Assembly (NCBI RefSeq): GCF_009914755.1
Contig: NC_060929.1
Length of the DNA stretch: 64,000 nucleotides
From: the human T2T-CHM13v2.0 reference genome, Homo sapiens
Direction: 5' to 3' (one strand)
The position numbers and the translations under genes were made by a program. The notes beneath the pieces were generated by a model. That model saw only the letters and a list, made by a program, of their open reading frames with translations. It did no database searches and was not told the DNA's origin. Positions 40,524 through 55,734 of this stretch are shown here, one piece after another; within the stretch, counting starts at the first letter, position 1, and the number at the start of each line of letters is the position of its first letter.

Positions 40524-43155
40524 CTATCAAGTATTAATATACAGAGTATTTCTGCTATAAATATAATAGTGTAAAGCCCGCAGACAAGCAGGTTCACATG
40601 GGATTCTTCAATCCCCATTTCATACTAGAGACTCTCATGAAAGCAATGTGATCTGAAGACCCAGATATCTGCCAAAAGCCCTTGTCTTTCTTGATCCTGG
40701 CTTAGCTGATCACAAACTGCAGTGTGCAAGAGAACGATCCCACAGGCTGCATACATATGCCATGTATGCTATACTACTTTATGGATGATTTAAGGGATTT
40801 TTAAAGGTATATTTGACTTCATTTTGCATTTCCTTATAATTTTTAATTTCTTCACAGAACGTGTAAACTAACTCCTTTTCCTTTCCCGAAGACATGAAAC
40901 TACTACAAATACCACTGTATATATCATATGTATGTAACAGTCTAACAAGGGTAAAATGTAGACGTGCCTAAAGCTGTTGTATCTGCTTGCTTTAGTTTTT
41001 ACATATTAAAAGATAAGCCAAGAACTCCATAATATTGGGGGGGAATATGCATTAAAGCAAACACATATATATAAAAAGTTAGAGGCAAGAAACTGAATCC
41101 ATCTAATTACAGAATATTCAATATGTTTCTGGGAGAAGCTTCATGAAGATATAACATTTTGCATTCATATTTGCCGAGGGAAAAAAAAACCCATAAGCTT
41201 TCAGAAAGCCTACTCTTAAAAGAGTTATTAAAATATGAACTTTCCAAAAAGCTCAAAAGCCAATGCCTTTTTTTAATAACATTTGCTTCCCCTCTCAGAA
41301 ACAGTCAGTGACATCCAAAGGAGTCACTGTCTACCAATTTACAAATGAGGTTACCAGAGAGAGTACAAGGAAGCAGGTGACTGACAGATCTGTCTGAAGA
41401 GTCCTTCAAAGAAGGCAAAGAAGACCTACAGTAAGTCTGGTATATTAACATACCCGTGTTATAAGCATTAAGGGAATCTGTTATCTAGGCTGCTGCCAAA
41501 CATGTACATGCAAAGAGATGGGGCTGCTGAAAAGAGATTTGGTGTTTAGCAGCAGAAAGAAATCACCATGAGCTATGCCAAATTCCTTTTATGAGCTCCA
41601 CACCATAGTCTATCTCAGAAGAAAAGCAAAGTTGATTTTACACCAAGACGAAACGAGTTATAAATTAATCAAAATTTCAATGATCAAGGACAAAACGTAC
41701 TTAAGTTGAAAAGTATTTGGAATGGCTGTTCATTGGTCTTTCAATAGGATGATGAAATAGAAAGAACAAAGGGCAACGAGCCAAGACATGCAGACTACAA
41801 CGCTGCCATCTGTGAGGTCGGGGTGATGAACCACCAGGTGATCATCCAAGATCCTTCTGGCCAGGAAAAGCTATGGTTCCAAACAAAGGCCAACCAACAG
41901 CACATCAGCCTCTTTCTTTCAAAAATGACCCAATAATCAGCAACGGCATAGTGAAGGTTTTGAAAAGACAGTTTTTCATTGTAACACAGAGGAAAATCCT
42001 CTTATCACAACATCAAATGTATGCATAAACCCAGTGCAGCTAAAGATACACTACAAATAACTGCCCAGCACTCTTCAAAATCACCATGGTCCGGAAATGC
42101 AAGGAAAGACTGAGGAACCGTCCTACACTGCAGGACACTGGCAGCTAAATGCAATGTGGGGTCCTGAATTGGATGCTAGACTGGAAAAACGATACTAGTG
42201 GACAATTGACAAAATCTAAATAGGGTCTATAGGTTAGTTAATAGCATTGTATCAGTGTTAATTTCCTGGTTTTAAAAAGTATACTGTGGTTTGGGGAAGC
42301 TGGAAAAAAGTATGTGGGAATTCTTTGTTTCTGCAATATTGTTTTTGAAATGTTTTATAAGTCAAATTATTTATAAATGAAAAGAAATAAAAAACAAAAT
42401 TAAAGACACGATGTTAGAAAACAGTGAATTTTAGAGCCCAAGAGATCTGAATTGGAATCCTATCTGTGAGAAGCTTGGACAAATCACTTTAATCTGCCCT
42501 AGTTTCTTCATCTGTAAAATGAGAATAAATACTTACCTCAAAGAGTTGTTATAAGAATTAAAGGAAACAATTTAATTACAGTATAATACCTAGCACTGTG
42601 CAAGTAGAAAATAAATGTAGCTGGTTTTGCTACTAACAAATGAATCAACACTTTTGAAGACTTAAAAAGTTTCAAGATTTTGGTTTTTATCTTGCAATTT
42701 ACTGTGGTGTGGCATTAAATACATTGCTGGCATCTATCTGCAATCCAAAAATACTTACACAATGATTTTAAAATGATTAGAAGATAATATATCTGATTTT
42801 CCTAGACTAATAAAAAACTCAGAAGCTCGTGCTTTACCAGTTCGGAATTTGTGTAAGATACAAGGCCTCCCTGACACTTCACTCCACACTAGCATTAGGG
42901 AAAGGGCTGCACCAGAGAAGTAAGAGTGCTGGAGAGAATATTTACTTGTTTTTAAAAAGACAACTGTTTCTAAATAGTTTAAATGCTTTCATGGATTTAT
43001 AATTAAAATATAAATCTTGCCCCATACTACAATGTAATGTCTGCCATATGCCCCCAAGAAAGCCTTTATCATGAAAATTAATATATCCTCCTCTGTCCCT
43101 TTTGACAGTGAACTCCTTGAAGACAGGTCCATGTACTTAGATAGTGAAAAAAATC

Positions 43156-43522
43156 TTTTTTTTTTTTTTTTTTTTTTTGAGACTGGGTCTCACTTTGTCA
43201 TCCACGCTGGAGTGCAGTGATGCAATTACAGCTCACTGCAACCTCTGCCTCCCGGCTCAAGCGATCCTCCTAACTCAGCCTCCCGAGTACCTGGGACTAC
43301 AGGTGTGTGCCACCATGCCCCGGCTAATTTTGGGGGTTTTTTGTTTTTGTGTCTGTGTGGTTTGGGGTTTTGTTGTTGGTGGTGGTGGTGGTGGTGGTGG
43401 TGGTAGAGATGGGGTTTTTGCCCTGTTGCCCAGGCTGGTCTTGAACTCCTAGGCTCAAGTGATCAACCCAACTAGGCCTTGCAAAGTGCTTGGATTATAG
43501 GCATGAGCCACCATGCCTGGCC
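43156..43522 (-). mobile_element. AluJ with a (GGT)n-expanded middle linker
   Basis: T-run, reverse-complement dimer, (GGT)n at ~43378-43404. Confidence 0.92.
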
Positions 43523-46057
43523 AATATCTTCTGTCTTTTATACACTGATTAAGCCACAATCTCCATTAGATAAGTTTCTAAGTATACTTTACAATTGTTC
43601 AAATGGCATTTAGAAAATATTCCTAATTCAAATGTGTACCTTTATTCATGCTCACTCTCTCCTTTATTACTCTAAGTTAGTAATGATTTCTGAGGCCACT
43701 TCTCTCAGCTTTTTATTTTCAGGTTCATGAAATAAATGCAACAAATTATTGTTGTTGTTATCATTATTCAACAAGTACTTTAAAGGAGCCTGCGGTGTGC
43801 TGAAATTAAGCTAGGTATATTACATATAACTGTAAGCATTATCCAATTTAATTTCTCCAACAACTCCAGAAGACAGTGATTATTATTCTCATTTTGCAGA
43901 TGAGGAAATCGAGGCACAGAAAAATGAACTGACCTGTCCAAGCTCACAGGGCTAACAGCGCTCCATCCCTGTCTTCCCCACCCCATCCAATGTCAGAGCC
44001 CACATTCTGCACATCTGCACCATTCTCCTTTACATCATGCCTAATCTTCTAGTGGAACTGAGGACAGGAAGACAAAAGTGAAGAAAGACTAGTACAGCAT
44101 GTGACAAAAGATAACATGTAAGTGTCAGATTTGCAAGGGAGAAAAGATAGGATCAGAAATGGAAACATTATTAATTACTCAATCAACTTTCTACTCTAAA
44201 TGGAAATAGCCCTTCATAAATCCCCTTTATGAGCTTAAGAGTAAACATTCAAACCATTTTGTTCAGCACACCAGGCTCCCAGCCAAAATAAATAACACCC
44301 AGGGTCATTCTGTCAAAGCAAAGAAATTACCAATATTTTAATCTGTCCATTTTATTACAGTATCCAAAGTAAGGACATGTTTCTGAATCCCATACTGACT
44401 TCAATCTAAAATTGCACAGGGCTAATCCCCAGAAGAGTCAGTTCATTCATTCATTCAGCAAGGATTTGCTGAGTACCTACTATGTTCCAGGATCTCTTTG
44501 GGTAATTGGGATACATCAGAAACAAATAACAAAAATCACCACCTATGAAGGTGATATTCTATTCACTATGACTCTTTTGACCACAGCATAAAAAGAAAGT
44601 CAACCTTCTGAAGGTAAGAAAAATCTTTACTTCTCTGGCCTCATTTAGATATAAACAAGAAAATCCAGTCAATATAATAGCTCTCTGGATCCTTTTTAAT
44701 GAGTTTAAATTTCAGGCAGATGAAATTTAAGAAGTTCTCTGAATCCAGCTCATGAAAGGCAAGCCCATTAAAAAGGTCTAAGTGAGATTCCAGAGAAGAT
44801 CCACTTTCTACACTGCTACATTCATCTATGCAACTTTGTGTTCTCTTTGTAGATGATTTTAAGTAAAAGGAAGGAAACAGTGGTAAGTGATAAGAGCTAG
44901 AAAGCTAAGAATCACACAAAGAAAGAAACCAAAATACACTGTCAAGTGCATTGACATTATAGTTCTTGGAAAGTACATACAGTTCAGCATCCAATGAATA
45001 AACTATTTTGGGTTTCATAACATTCCTCCATGAAGAGTTTATTGAGAAATACTGTATTTTAGGAACAAAGAGTATCATATTGTTTGTTTTCACAGTGTCA
45101 CTTAGCTTTGAAAGCATGCAGCTAATATTTTGCCTGTGGTATTCAACAGGCAGATGTAAGAAGAGCAAACATTCTTCAGGTTTTAAAAACCGTAGTATAT
45201 TATAACTTGGAAGGCAACTCCTAACAAACCAAAAGCCATAGATCAGTGGATCTGATTTAAAATAGAACTTCCTCAGTGCTAAAGCAGCTTCAAACATACC
45301 ATTGTGCAAAATCAGATTAAATGCTTCCCAGTGATCCTCATATGATTGTCCCTTCTGCCAAGTGCTTTCCTTTGAAAAAAAAATCATAAAGACTGAAAGA
45401 AAAATAGAAGTGTATTTTGCCAAAAAGATAATTCTTACTACCTTAGGCTTATAAAAAAGCTTATGCTTTTCAAACTGTTAACACATGTGACATCCTCACA
45501 ACAACCCTGGAAGGTAGGTGGGGTAGGTGGCATTACCATTTTCACAGAGGAGAAACTAGGGCTTACACAGTTGTGATGCTGCTGACTGCACAAGGGCTCC
45601 TGGTCAAGTGGGCCTGTGGGCACAGGACTGCATCCACCTAAAGGAAGGAGTAACTTTTTCTAATTTGCATAAATAGTCTCATTTGCTTTCCCCTAGCCCT
45701 ATGAACTGTGAGCTTATGGAGTGGACCCCTAAAAGATGCCTTTTCTAATTTGCACAAGGACACAGTATAGGATGGTGAAAATTGTTTCCCATGGCCACCC
45801 AACCTAACAGTGAAAGCATAATGATCAAGATCCAGGTCTACTGACTTCCAGTTCATGGCTTTGAATAACATAAAGGGAAAATTCACCCAGCAAATGGGTT
45901 TACTGACATCTTAGAAATAGTCACATAGTTCCTCCCAAGGAATCTCTGAAGGATTCCTTTATGAATGAATAGAAAGAAAGGAAGTACAGTGACATGCATG
46001 ATGTTAACACTGTCCCATCACTAGACCTTTAGTCTCCAAATGTTTGTCTCTCATTTC

Positions 46058-46130
46058 CCCAGTTCTGCCTTCCATTTCCCAGTTCTGACATCCCCAGTTC
46101 TGTTTCCCAGTTCTGCCCTTCCCAGTTCTG
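46058..46130. repeat. Five dispersed copies of CCCAGTTCTG
   Basis: Copies start at 46058, 46078, 46093, 46106 and 46121. Confidence 0.85.
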
Positions 46131-46493
46131 CCTTTTCATAGTACTTATTCACTATGTACCAGGTACTTTGCTAAATATTTTATAAGAATTACAACAGGTT
46201 CTAACTGAATACAGCTACATAAGTGACCTCAGCTATACCACACAGCACACAAAAATCAACCACATGAGTTTAGTCAACTCACAGAATTGTGAAAATTAAA
46301 AGCCTGCCATTGGTTTAAGTCACTACGTTTTGGAGTGGTTTGTTACATACCAATAGATAACTTAAACATTCTGTGTTCTCACCCTAACACACATCGAAGT
46401 TATATCTTTATATCAGGGTCAACAGGTCCACTTAGCTGAGCAAACCCTGAGAGAAGACTGTGAACAAAAGAAAACACCTTCAGCACAGCAAAG

Positions 46494-46806
46494 TTTTTTG
46501 GGTTTTTTTGTTTGTTTTTGTTTTTGAGATGAAGTCTTGCTCTGTCACCCAGGCTGGAGTGCAATGGCATGATCTCGGCTCACTGCAACCTCCATCTCTT
46601 GGGTTCAAGTGATTCTCATATTAGCCTCCCGAGTAGCTGGGATTACAGGCATAGGGCACCACACCTGGCTAATTTTTTGTATTTTTGGTAGAGATGGTAT
46701 TTCACCATGTTAGCCAGGCTGGTCTTGAACTCCTGACCTCAAGTGATCCGCCCGCCTCGGCCTCCCAAAGTGCTGGGATTACAGGAGTGAGCTGCCGTGC
46801 CCAGCC
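46494..46806 (-). mobile_element. AluS
   Basis: Full reverse-complement dimer flanked by gcaaagtt on both sides. Confidence 0.93.
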
Positions 46807-47085
46807 GGCAAAGTTGATTCTGAAACCCTGTATTACCTCAATAATCGTTGAAGTGCCTATTATATGCAATGCAGCACAGCCGGGTGGCTAAGGGTGTGAG
46901 TTTTGGATCCATGTGTTAAAATCCTGGCTGTCCTACCTGCTAGCTGTAGGAACTTGAGGAAGGCACTTGGACTTCTCTGGTCCTCAGTTTCTCTATATTG
47001 TAAAATGGAAATTAATCATAACTACTTCCTGAGGGTGCTGGCAGCAGTAAACATGATAAAGTATGGAAAGCACACATGAGCGCAC

Positions 47086-47133
47086 ATACACACACCACAC
47101 CACACCACACACACCACACCACACACCACACAC
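47086..47133. repeat. (CACAC)n low-complexity repeat
   Basis: cacacaccacaccacaccacacacaccacacc... Confidence 0.85.
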
Positions 47134-48539
47134 CCAGCCTTCCTAGGAAACTTCTATTCATGCTTCAGCCATCATTTCACAAGTGCCACTTCTTCAGGAA
47201 AGCCTTTCCTAAAGATCACCCTCTCTGACTTCAGCAGGCCTCCCTGCTATATTCAAGCACCATGTATTTTCCTTTCGTAAGTACACATCATCAATTTGAA
47301 TTTTGTGTTCATTTGCGCATCATTTATTTATGTTAATCTCACCCACTACACACCATCAGTTCCATGAGAACAGGGTCTGCGGTGACCTCCCACATTTTTC
47401 TAGCACTTAACACAAATCTTGGCACACAGAAGATAAGTATTCAACAAAAGAAAAGCATTTACCAAAAGCTGACAATGCGCCAGGACCTCCGTAAATAAGA
47501 GTTTGGCATTGTGTTATGTGCTTCTGCAGGAGTGAGTCTCGCCTTTAAAAACCTTAGAGTCTAACGGGAAACACAACACATACAGAAGTCACCATCTGAC
47601 ACTGCAGACGGTCAGCAATGCCTAGACAGAGTGCCCTGTGAGTTCTGAGAAGGTGGAGATCAACTGACTCTTGATGATGACAATCCAAAAAGACTTTACA
47701 AAGGAGCAGTGGCTTAAGGGTACCCAGACTCCAAAGTGCCAGTTCTAACAAAAAAATTGGGTGTTGGCTGTTACTTTTTGGGCCCAGAAGCCTGGCCTAA
47801 GGCAAAGTCTACAACAGGTCTGTAAATCATTCTTTCATTCATTTATTCATTGCTCAGGTTTTTATTAAATACCTAGTAGGTGCTAGGCACTAGTCTAGAT
47901 ACTGAAAATCAACGAACATATCAGCAAGCTGACATTCCTTCTAAAGAGGCCCCCTATAGCAACAAAGTGTTAACCAGTGTCCTCCTCACTCCTCTGTGAC
48001 CAGGGCCACCGTGTCACCTCCTCTAACGGAGGCTACACCTTATCGTTTAACAAATGACCTTCATCTTCCCAGCATCTCCCTTAGTTTGGCTTCCAGGTTG
48101 CATATGGAGTTCAATGTCCCGTGGCTGCTAACCAAGGCAAATTGCAACTGTTGCAAATTTTGCTTATGAAAACCGAAGGGGACCTTCAAAGATCATCTGG
48201 TACAACCCCTTCATCTTATAGATGTGGAAACTAAGGCCTAGAGAAAAGACCCTCAGCCAAGGTCACCCAGAGAACTAACCACGCATAGAACCAGATCAGA
48301 GTCCAGGAGTCCTGCCTCCCAGGCCTGGGCGCTTTCGATTTTTCAAAGACATTTCCCATTTTCCTATTATCAGGACCCACAATCCTAGAAACAGTCTTTG
48401 GGATTCAGGGCTCCTCAGTATTGAGGAAGAGTTCATTATCTGTATTGAAATCGGTTGTAGTAATACAAACAACAATAACATTTTAGAGCCCTAACTAAAC
48501 ATCAGTAGCAGTGAGAAAAAGAAAAATAGCTCAGAGCAG

Positions 48540-48940
48540 ATTGTGTGAGTTACAGTGAAATATGCAAAATCAATCAAGCCCAGAGAGACAAGAGTATAGG
48601 ACTTTAGTGGTCCCCTCCTCACCCAACCCATTCCTGGGAGCAACTGGTTAAAGGCATTTTGTTCCTGACCAGCTGCCTTACCCATTATCTTCAAGTTCCT
48701 GGAATTTGTGATACAAAGAACAATGTACAGACAATCAATAGTTTATGTTATTTTAATATAAATTCTTGGTAAACAACTTAGGAAGTGCTTCTTATTCTCC
48801 TTTAAAAACCCACTTTCGACTTCTGCTCATCAGAATGTATACTCAGGGCACCTTCACTCCCAGGATGCAGCCCTCAAACTTGGCTCGAATGAACTCTCTT
48901 TTTATATTGATTTTGCCTCAGTTTCTTCATTTAGGTCACA
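48540..48940 (+). mobile_element. Old ERV1-type solo LTR (MER34-like), just inside intron 1
   Basis: gttcctggaatttgtgatacaaagaacaatgta...tttaaaaacccact...gcagccctcaaacttggc...tttaggtcaca end. Family name from memory only. Confidence 0.6.
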
Positions 48941-49229
48941 ACTGTGCTAAGCACTTTACACAAGTTACCTCATTTGGATCCTCACAACAACTCTATGAGT
49001 CGGTACTATTATTTTCCCCATTTTACAGATTAGCAAACTAAGGCACAAAGAGAGTAAGCAACCTGCACGATGTCCCACAGCTGTTTAATAAGGAGCAGCG
49101 GATGGGGCAGCAGAACCATCATGCTGAGTAAACCAGGATGACTGCCCAATGGCCTCCCCTCGCTTTTAAGGGGTCAGTGATGAACCGGAAAGCTCCACAC
49201 GTCGGTCATCTGCAACTCCACGGAGCTCA

Positions 49230-49990
<761 letters not shown>

Positions 49991-50672
49991 ACAGAATAAG
50001 CCGTGGTTGGCAGCACGGGAAAAAAGTATTAATAAGGAAGGCCTGGTGTGACAAAGGCCAGCATTACTCATGCCACCAGGCAGCTGCCTCTGAGGCTTGG
50101 GTTTGGGCCTCGTGTAAGGTAAAGATTGCCTCGGGAATAAGAACCGCGTTTTAGTGCACCAAAACCTGCAGGTAAGTTCCTTTGCTCGCTAAGGTTAAAC
50201 ACCACGGAGCAAGGAACTAGAGGATACAAAAGAGTTGCGAGTATTATTATTTACTGCAACCAACAGATGTTAGGAGAACCAGCACGTTAATCCGTGTATT
50301 CAGCACGGTTCTGAGGCCTCCTATGCCCCAGCGCTGTAGTGGGCACTGCGGATTCCGCAGGGAGGAAACACCAGCTCTGCTGATGAGCCGGCTGATTTCA
50401 CACCCAATCAACAAGCTGGGAAAATAAAAACAATAATCGGTTAAAGTGACACGGGCGCGGACATGATTTTAGTGAGGGTGATTATGGAGGGTCTCTGAGG
50501 TGATGACTTTTACGATTTTGCCATCTCGCTCGCCCCTGCCATACGCAGTCACACTGGTCTGGCAAAACCCTAGCCTTGTGTAAATCTAGGTCTCCTCTGA
50601 CTGTCTCTACCCAAGCCACCAGAAGGGGCTGAAGGAAAATACACACCCACTGTGCATCTTTTAAGTTCATAA

Positions 50673-51034
<362 letters not shown>

Positions 51035-51596
51035 GAGAGTACTGAATTTCTCTAATCCACTTACTCTCCCGCATTCCTCCACACCTCTGACACCTTTGTT
51101 CCCAGCCTTATACTCCAGTCATTACCTTACTTCCATTTTCACTTAGTCAATAGGTCACATCGCTCTGCCACCTCTCTACCCACCAGACCAAATGCCTTGC
51201 CTTCACTCTTGTTCCTGTGGGTGAACTGTCAGCACTTTGTTTTAGCACCAGTGTCTCCATTTGTCCACTGAATCCTGAGGTGAACTGAAAAATGTTTAAC
51301 AAATAGCTGTCCTTTAAAGTATAAATCAAGCAAGGCCCTGATTTCCAAAGGTTGCTGATTCCTGTGGTGTAAATACTCCTACCATGTTTAAAGATGCCAA
51401 CTCGATGTCACTAAACACAAGTTGGGGATTTAGCAACATGGAGTTGAGTGAGGAGTGGGAGTTGGGGAGGGAAGCACAGAAGCACACCATCACATAGTAT
51501 TTCCACCACCCACATACGACAGCCATAAAGAACCAAAAACATAAATAATGGAAAATGTAGCAGGAAGGGATGAGTTTTCAATGTTTATTACTCTTT

Positions 51597-51892
51597 GGCC
51601 AGGCTCCTATGGTTCATGCCTGTAACCTCAGCACTTTGGGAGGCCAAGGCAGAAGGATCACTTGAGGCCAAGAGTTTGAGGCCAGTGTAGGCAACATAGT
51701 GAAACCCCATCTCTACAAAAAATAAAATAAAAAATTAGCCAGGTGTGGCAGTGCACACCTGTAGTCCTAGCTACTTGAGAGGCTAAGGCCAGAGGCTCTA
51801 TTAAATCCGGAAGTTCAAGGCTGTAGTGAACTATGATCGTGCCATGCACTCCAGCCTGGGCCACAGAGTGAGACCCATCTCAAATAAATAAA
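51597..51892 (+). mobile_element. AluJ
   Basis: Diverged dimer with (AAAT)n tail. Confidence 0.9.
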
Positions 51893-54265
51893 TATTTATT
51901 AATTTTTATATGTGATTGTAAATTTATATACTTTAATAATAGCTGTGTTGAATGGCCAGCTCTAGTACATCACTAAAAGTTCCTGTCCTCTTTCTTGTTC
52001 AAGGCCATCTCTCTAGCAATATCCCCCTTCCTTTCTGTATCATCAGCTTTTGTCTCTACTGGGCCATTCCAGCCAGCACAACAAGTACACTGTAATTTCT
52101 TCCATCTAAAAACAAAAACAGAAACAATACAAAAAAAACAACTCTTAACCCCCTATCTTCCTCCAGCTGTATTCCGAGTCTCTGGTCCACTGATGCTCCT
52201 CAAAAGAGCTGCCTGTAATCTCTTGAGCCCATTCCAATCAGTATTTGCCCCCACCACTTCACCGAAACGACTGTTGTCAAGGTCACCAATGACCAAATTG
52301 CTAAATCCAATAATTAATTCTTAATCCCCACCTTACTAAGCCTGTAAGCAGCATTTCCTTGAAATACAGAGGGAGGAGTGGAGAGGAGAATGAGATGCAA
52401 ATGCTCTTACATGTGTTGGATGCATGTTTAAAAGCCACTCCACTATATCACCAATCCCTCCTTACAGGAAAACAAAAAGCAGTCTTCCAGGGAGACTACA
52501 CAGGTCCACAAAGGAGAGATCAATTACCTGCAGAGTTTATGGTATTTTGTATCTGCCTCTTTTACCAGAGTAGCTGGAGACCAGATGTGACATACAAACC
52601 CCCTGCTAGCGTAGGTCCTGGGCCCTGTATCCTCAATCCACTCTGACCATCAGTTTCTCCCAGAGTGTATCTTTAAGCAGGACTTAATCTCCGGATTAAG
52701 TAACCATGAAAGGCCAATGGTGTGTCCTGAAAGATTAAAGGCCCCACCACCTGCAACCTCTACTTGGGGCTGGTTGGCTGAGTGACTTGTGTAAGAACAA
52801 ATGTGACCTGCCCATTCCAAGGACGTTGGGGCTTTCTGAAACGTGTGCCAGACTTGACAACATGAGCCTATTATCTTGTAGCTCTGAATCACAGCCAGTT
52901 TGCACAACAGTAATCTTACTTGCTGGGTCCTCTGAGGGAGCGAGAAGAAACTGTGAAACAAATTTCCATCGCTTTGAAATTGGTTGGCTTAACTGGGCAG
53001 GGACTTGAGGGTGGAAATTTGCTGGCAAACCTTAGAAGTTCATGACCTTATTTGGTCTTTAAGATACCAAATATCTTACTAAAGAACTTTCATAAGATAT
53101 CAAATACCTTTTGTATCTTCACAGGGAGGCACAATAGTTTAAACATGGTAGACATCCAATACATTTAGGTTGAATGAATGAATGAATGAATGATTGTAAA
53201 TGCTGCAAGATTTAAGTGACACAGAACTCCAGCCCTGACCCTGTCTCTCTGCTTTTCTCACCTTCTTCATGTTGGTTCAATTCCCTCTTCTGACCATCCT
53301 GACCATCTCTCTATCACTGATTTTTTGTATCCAGTCTTATAATTATCTGTATATATAAATCACTGTTACTGTGACATTCTCAAGACTGGAGGAACTGCAT
53401 ATATTATTCACTCCTCTCTATCCAGTGCCTAGTAAAATGCTTGGCACCTAGTATATGTTGAATAAACTCACGAATGTACTTAATATAAAATATGACCTTG
53501 AACAAAATCCTTCCTGCCCCTGCAGCTCAGTTTTTCCGTCAACAAAAACTGAAATGCAGGGGCAGAAACTGAGTGGGCCAAGACTGTCTCTAAAATCCAG
53601 CAACCTGACATTTGAGATGTGAGCTAGAGACACAAGCCAAGGCAGGGAACAGGGATATAGTTATTGAAACCAGGGTACAGAATGAGAATTTGCAAGGAAA
53701 ACAAAGCAAAGTATCAGAATAGATTCAAATATGTAAAATATCATGTATGATAAGTAAGCGTGGGTACTAAGGAGACAAAAACTGGAGAAGAAGGATGAGA
53801 AGTGATGGCAGGGCAGGGGAGAGAGGAGCAGTGTTAAAATTTTTTAAAAGAGCTAAGGAAGACCTCTCTGAGAAAATGACATTAAAGTAGAAAAGTTGCA
53901 AGAAGAGGAGGGCAAGTCATGCTCGTATTTGGAGGAGGATCATTCCACGTAGAAGGAATGGCAGGTTCCAAGACCTGAAACAGGCATTCTCCTGATACAT
54001 TTCAGAGCTACAAGGAGGCCAGTATGGCTGTTGCAGAGTTCCTGAGATATAAGGTCAGAAAACATGAATCTAGGTCACATAGGGTCCTCCAGGCCATGGT
54101 AAAGATGTTGGCTTTATCTGTATGAGATGGGAGGCCATTGAGAGTTTTGAGCAGAGGAGAGACATGATCTCAACTGTATATTTTAACAGAATCATTCTGG
54201 CTACTTACAGTTTGGAGAAGTGACTATGGGGAGGCAAAGCAAAGAAAGAGACCAATTAAGAGGTA

Positions 54266-55526
54266 TGATATTTTACATATATATATGTAAAATTTCCTCC
54301 CCAACTCCCACTCCTCACTAAACTCCACTCCTCCACGTATAAATATAGATTCATGGTTCCTGGCTGATAACTCCCATAGCCCTTGCTACAGTCTTTTGCT
54401 ATAGTATTGGGACACTTTAGGCCTCAGAAGCAGGCTTTTCTCTCTCCGACCTTCTTCTGACTTCCCTTCACCTGCCCAAGGCAGGACTCTAATCTTTCCT
54501 GGCTTTTCTGATTGATTTCTCATTCCAGAGAGTGTCCCACCCCATACCCTGCAGGAAGAAATGCTGCACAGGAAGGCCAAGAAGAATCTAGACAGGCGGG
54601 CCTTACTAGGTTTCCTGACTCAGTCTGTTAGTATTATATCATATCCTTTTTTGCCTAATCGTATTTCTACCTGGTTATCTTCAATCATGTCTATCCAATG
54701 GAGTCTTGCTAAGAGACCCAAAAGAACAGGGTTCAGAGAGCTCCCAGCTAGCCAAACATATGGAGATTCCTGGAGGATGGTGCATCCAGGGAGGGCATGG
54801 AAGCTCCATGCCTCTTCCCCTATACCTTGCCCTATGCATCTCTTCAGCTACATCCTTTGTACTATCCTTTATAATAAACTGGTAAATGGAAGTAAGTGTT
54901 TCCCTGAGTTCTATGAGCTGCTCTAGTAAATTAACTGAATCCAAAGAGAGGATCATGGGAAGCCCATCTTGAAGTGGGTCAGTCAGAAGTTCTGGAGGCC
55001 AAGACTTGCAACTAACATCTGAATGGGGGACGGTGGGGACAGCGGAGTGATCTTGTGGGACTGAGTCCTCAACTTGTGGGTTCTGAATTATCTCCAGGTA
55101 GTGTCAGAATTGAATTGGAGGACACCTGGCTGGTGTCCACTGCAGACCTGAGTGCTTGCTTGCTGTGTGGGGAGAAACCACACACACATTTGTATGTGTG
55201 CTGGCAAACCTTAGAATTTCATGACCTTATTTGGTCTTTAAGATAGCAAATATCTTACAAAGATATTTCATCATACATGAGGGCCAAAAATTGCAGTTGT
55301 GATGGTACTGCAGATAACATTATTAATAATATTATGTATTAGTTTATTTGACTCTCACCACAATTGCCATTACTGAAGGAGGGCAGAGGAACTCAGGAGT
55401 TTCATACTGACCTAGGCAACATGGTGAAACCTGGTCTCTACAAAAAATAGAACGTCTTCTGTGTTGATGATTTTTGTAATGTGAGAGCACAGGAAAAAAA
55501 CATGATTTGAGCTTGTTCTCCCCTCA
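54266..55526 (+). mobile_element. MER21-like LTR carrying a foreign mosaic insertion; sits in an L2 remnant
   Basis: catggttcctggct...ctttataataaactggtaaat...aattggaggacacctggctggtgtcc...gtcttctgtgttg; agaggt repeated on both sides. Confidence 0.75.
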
Positions 55527-55734
55527 AGAGGTGATTGCCATAATCTAGATAAGAGGAAATGATGGCTGAGACCACAGTGGTATCAGTGGTGATCAGTTTT
55601 TAGGTTCTGGATCCCTTGTGAAGGTAGAGCTGGAAAGGTGTGCTGAAAGATCAGAAGTGGGAAGAAGAAGAGCCAAGGCCCAGTCTGGCCACCATCTAGA
55701 GAAAGCCTGTCTGACTGTAGAGGGAAATAAAGCC

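Noticed and set aside
41801-41817. Second CTCF-like motif (CAGATGGCAG on the minus strand)
   Set aside because: The 5' half mismatches the core at three positions.
46058-46130. CCCAGTTCTG repeats with variable spacers
   Set aside because: Too short and irregular for an array-type system; consistent with local slippage.
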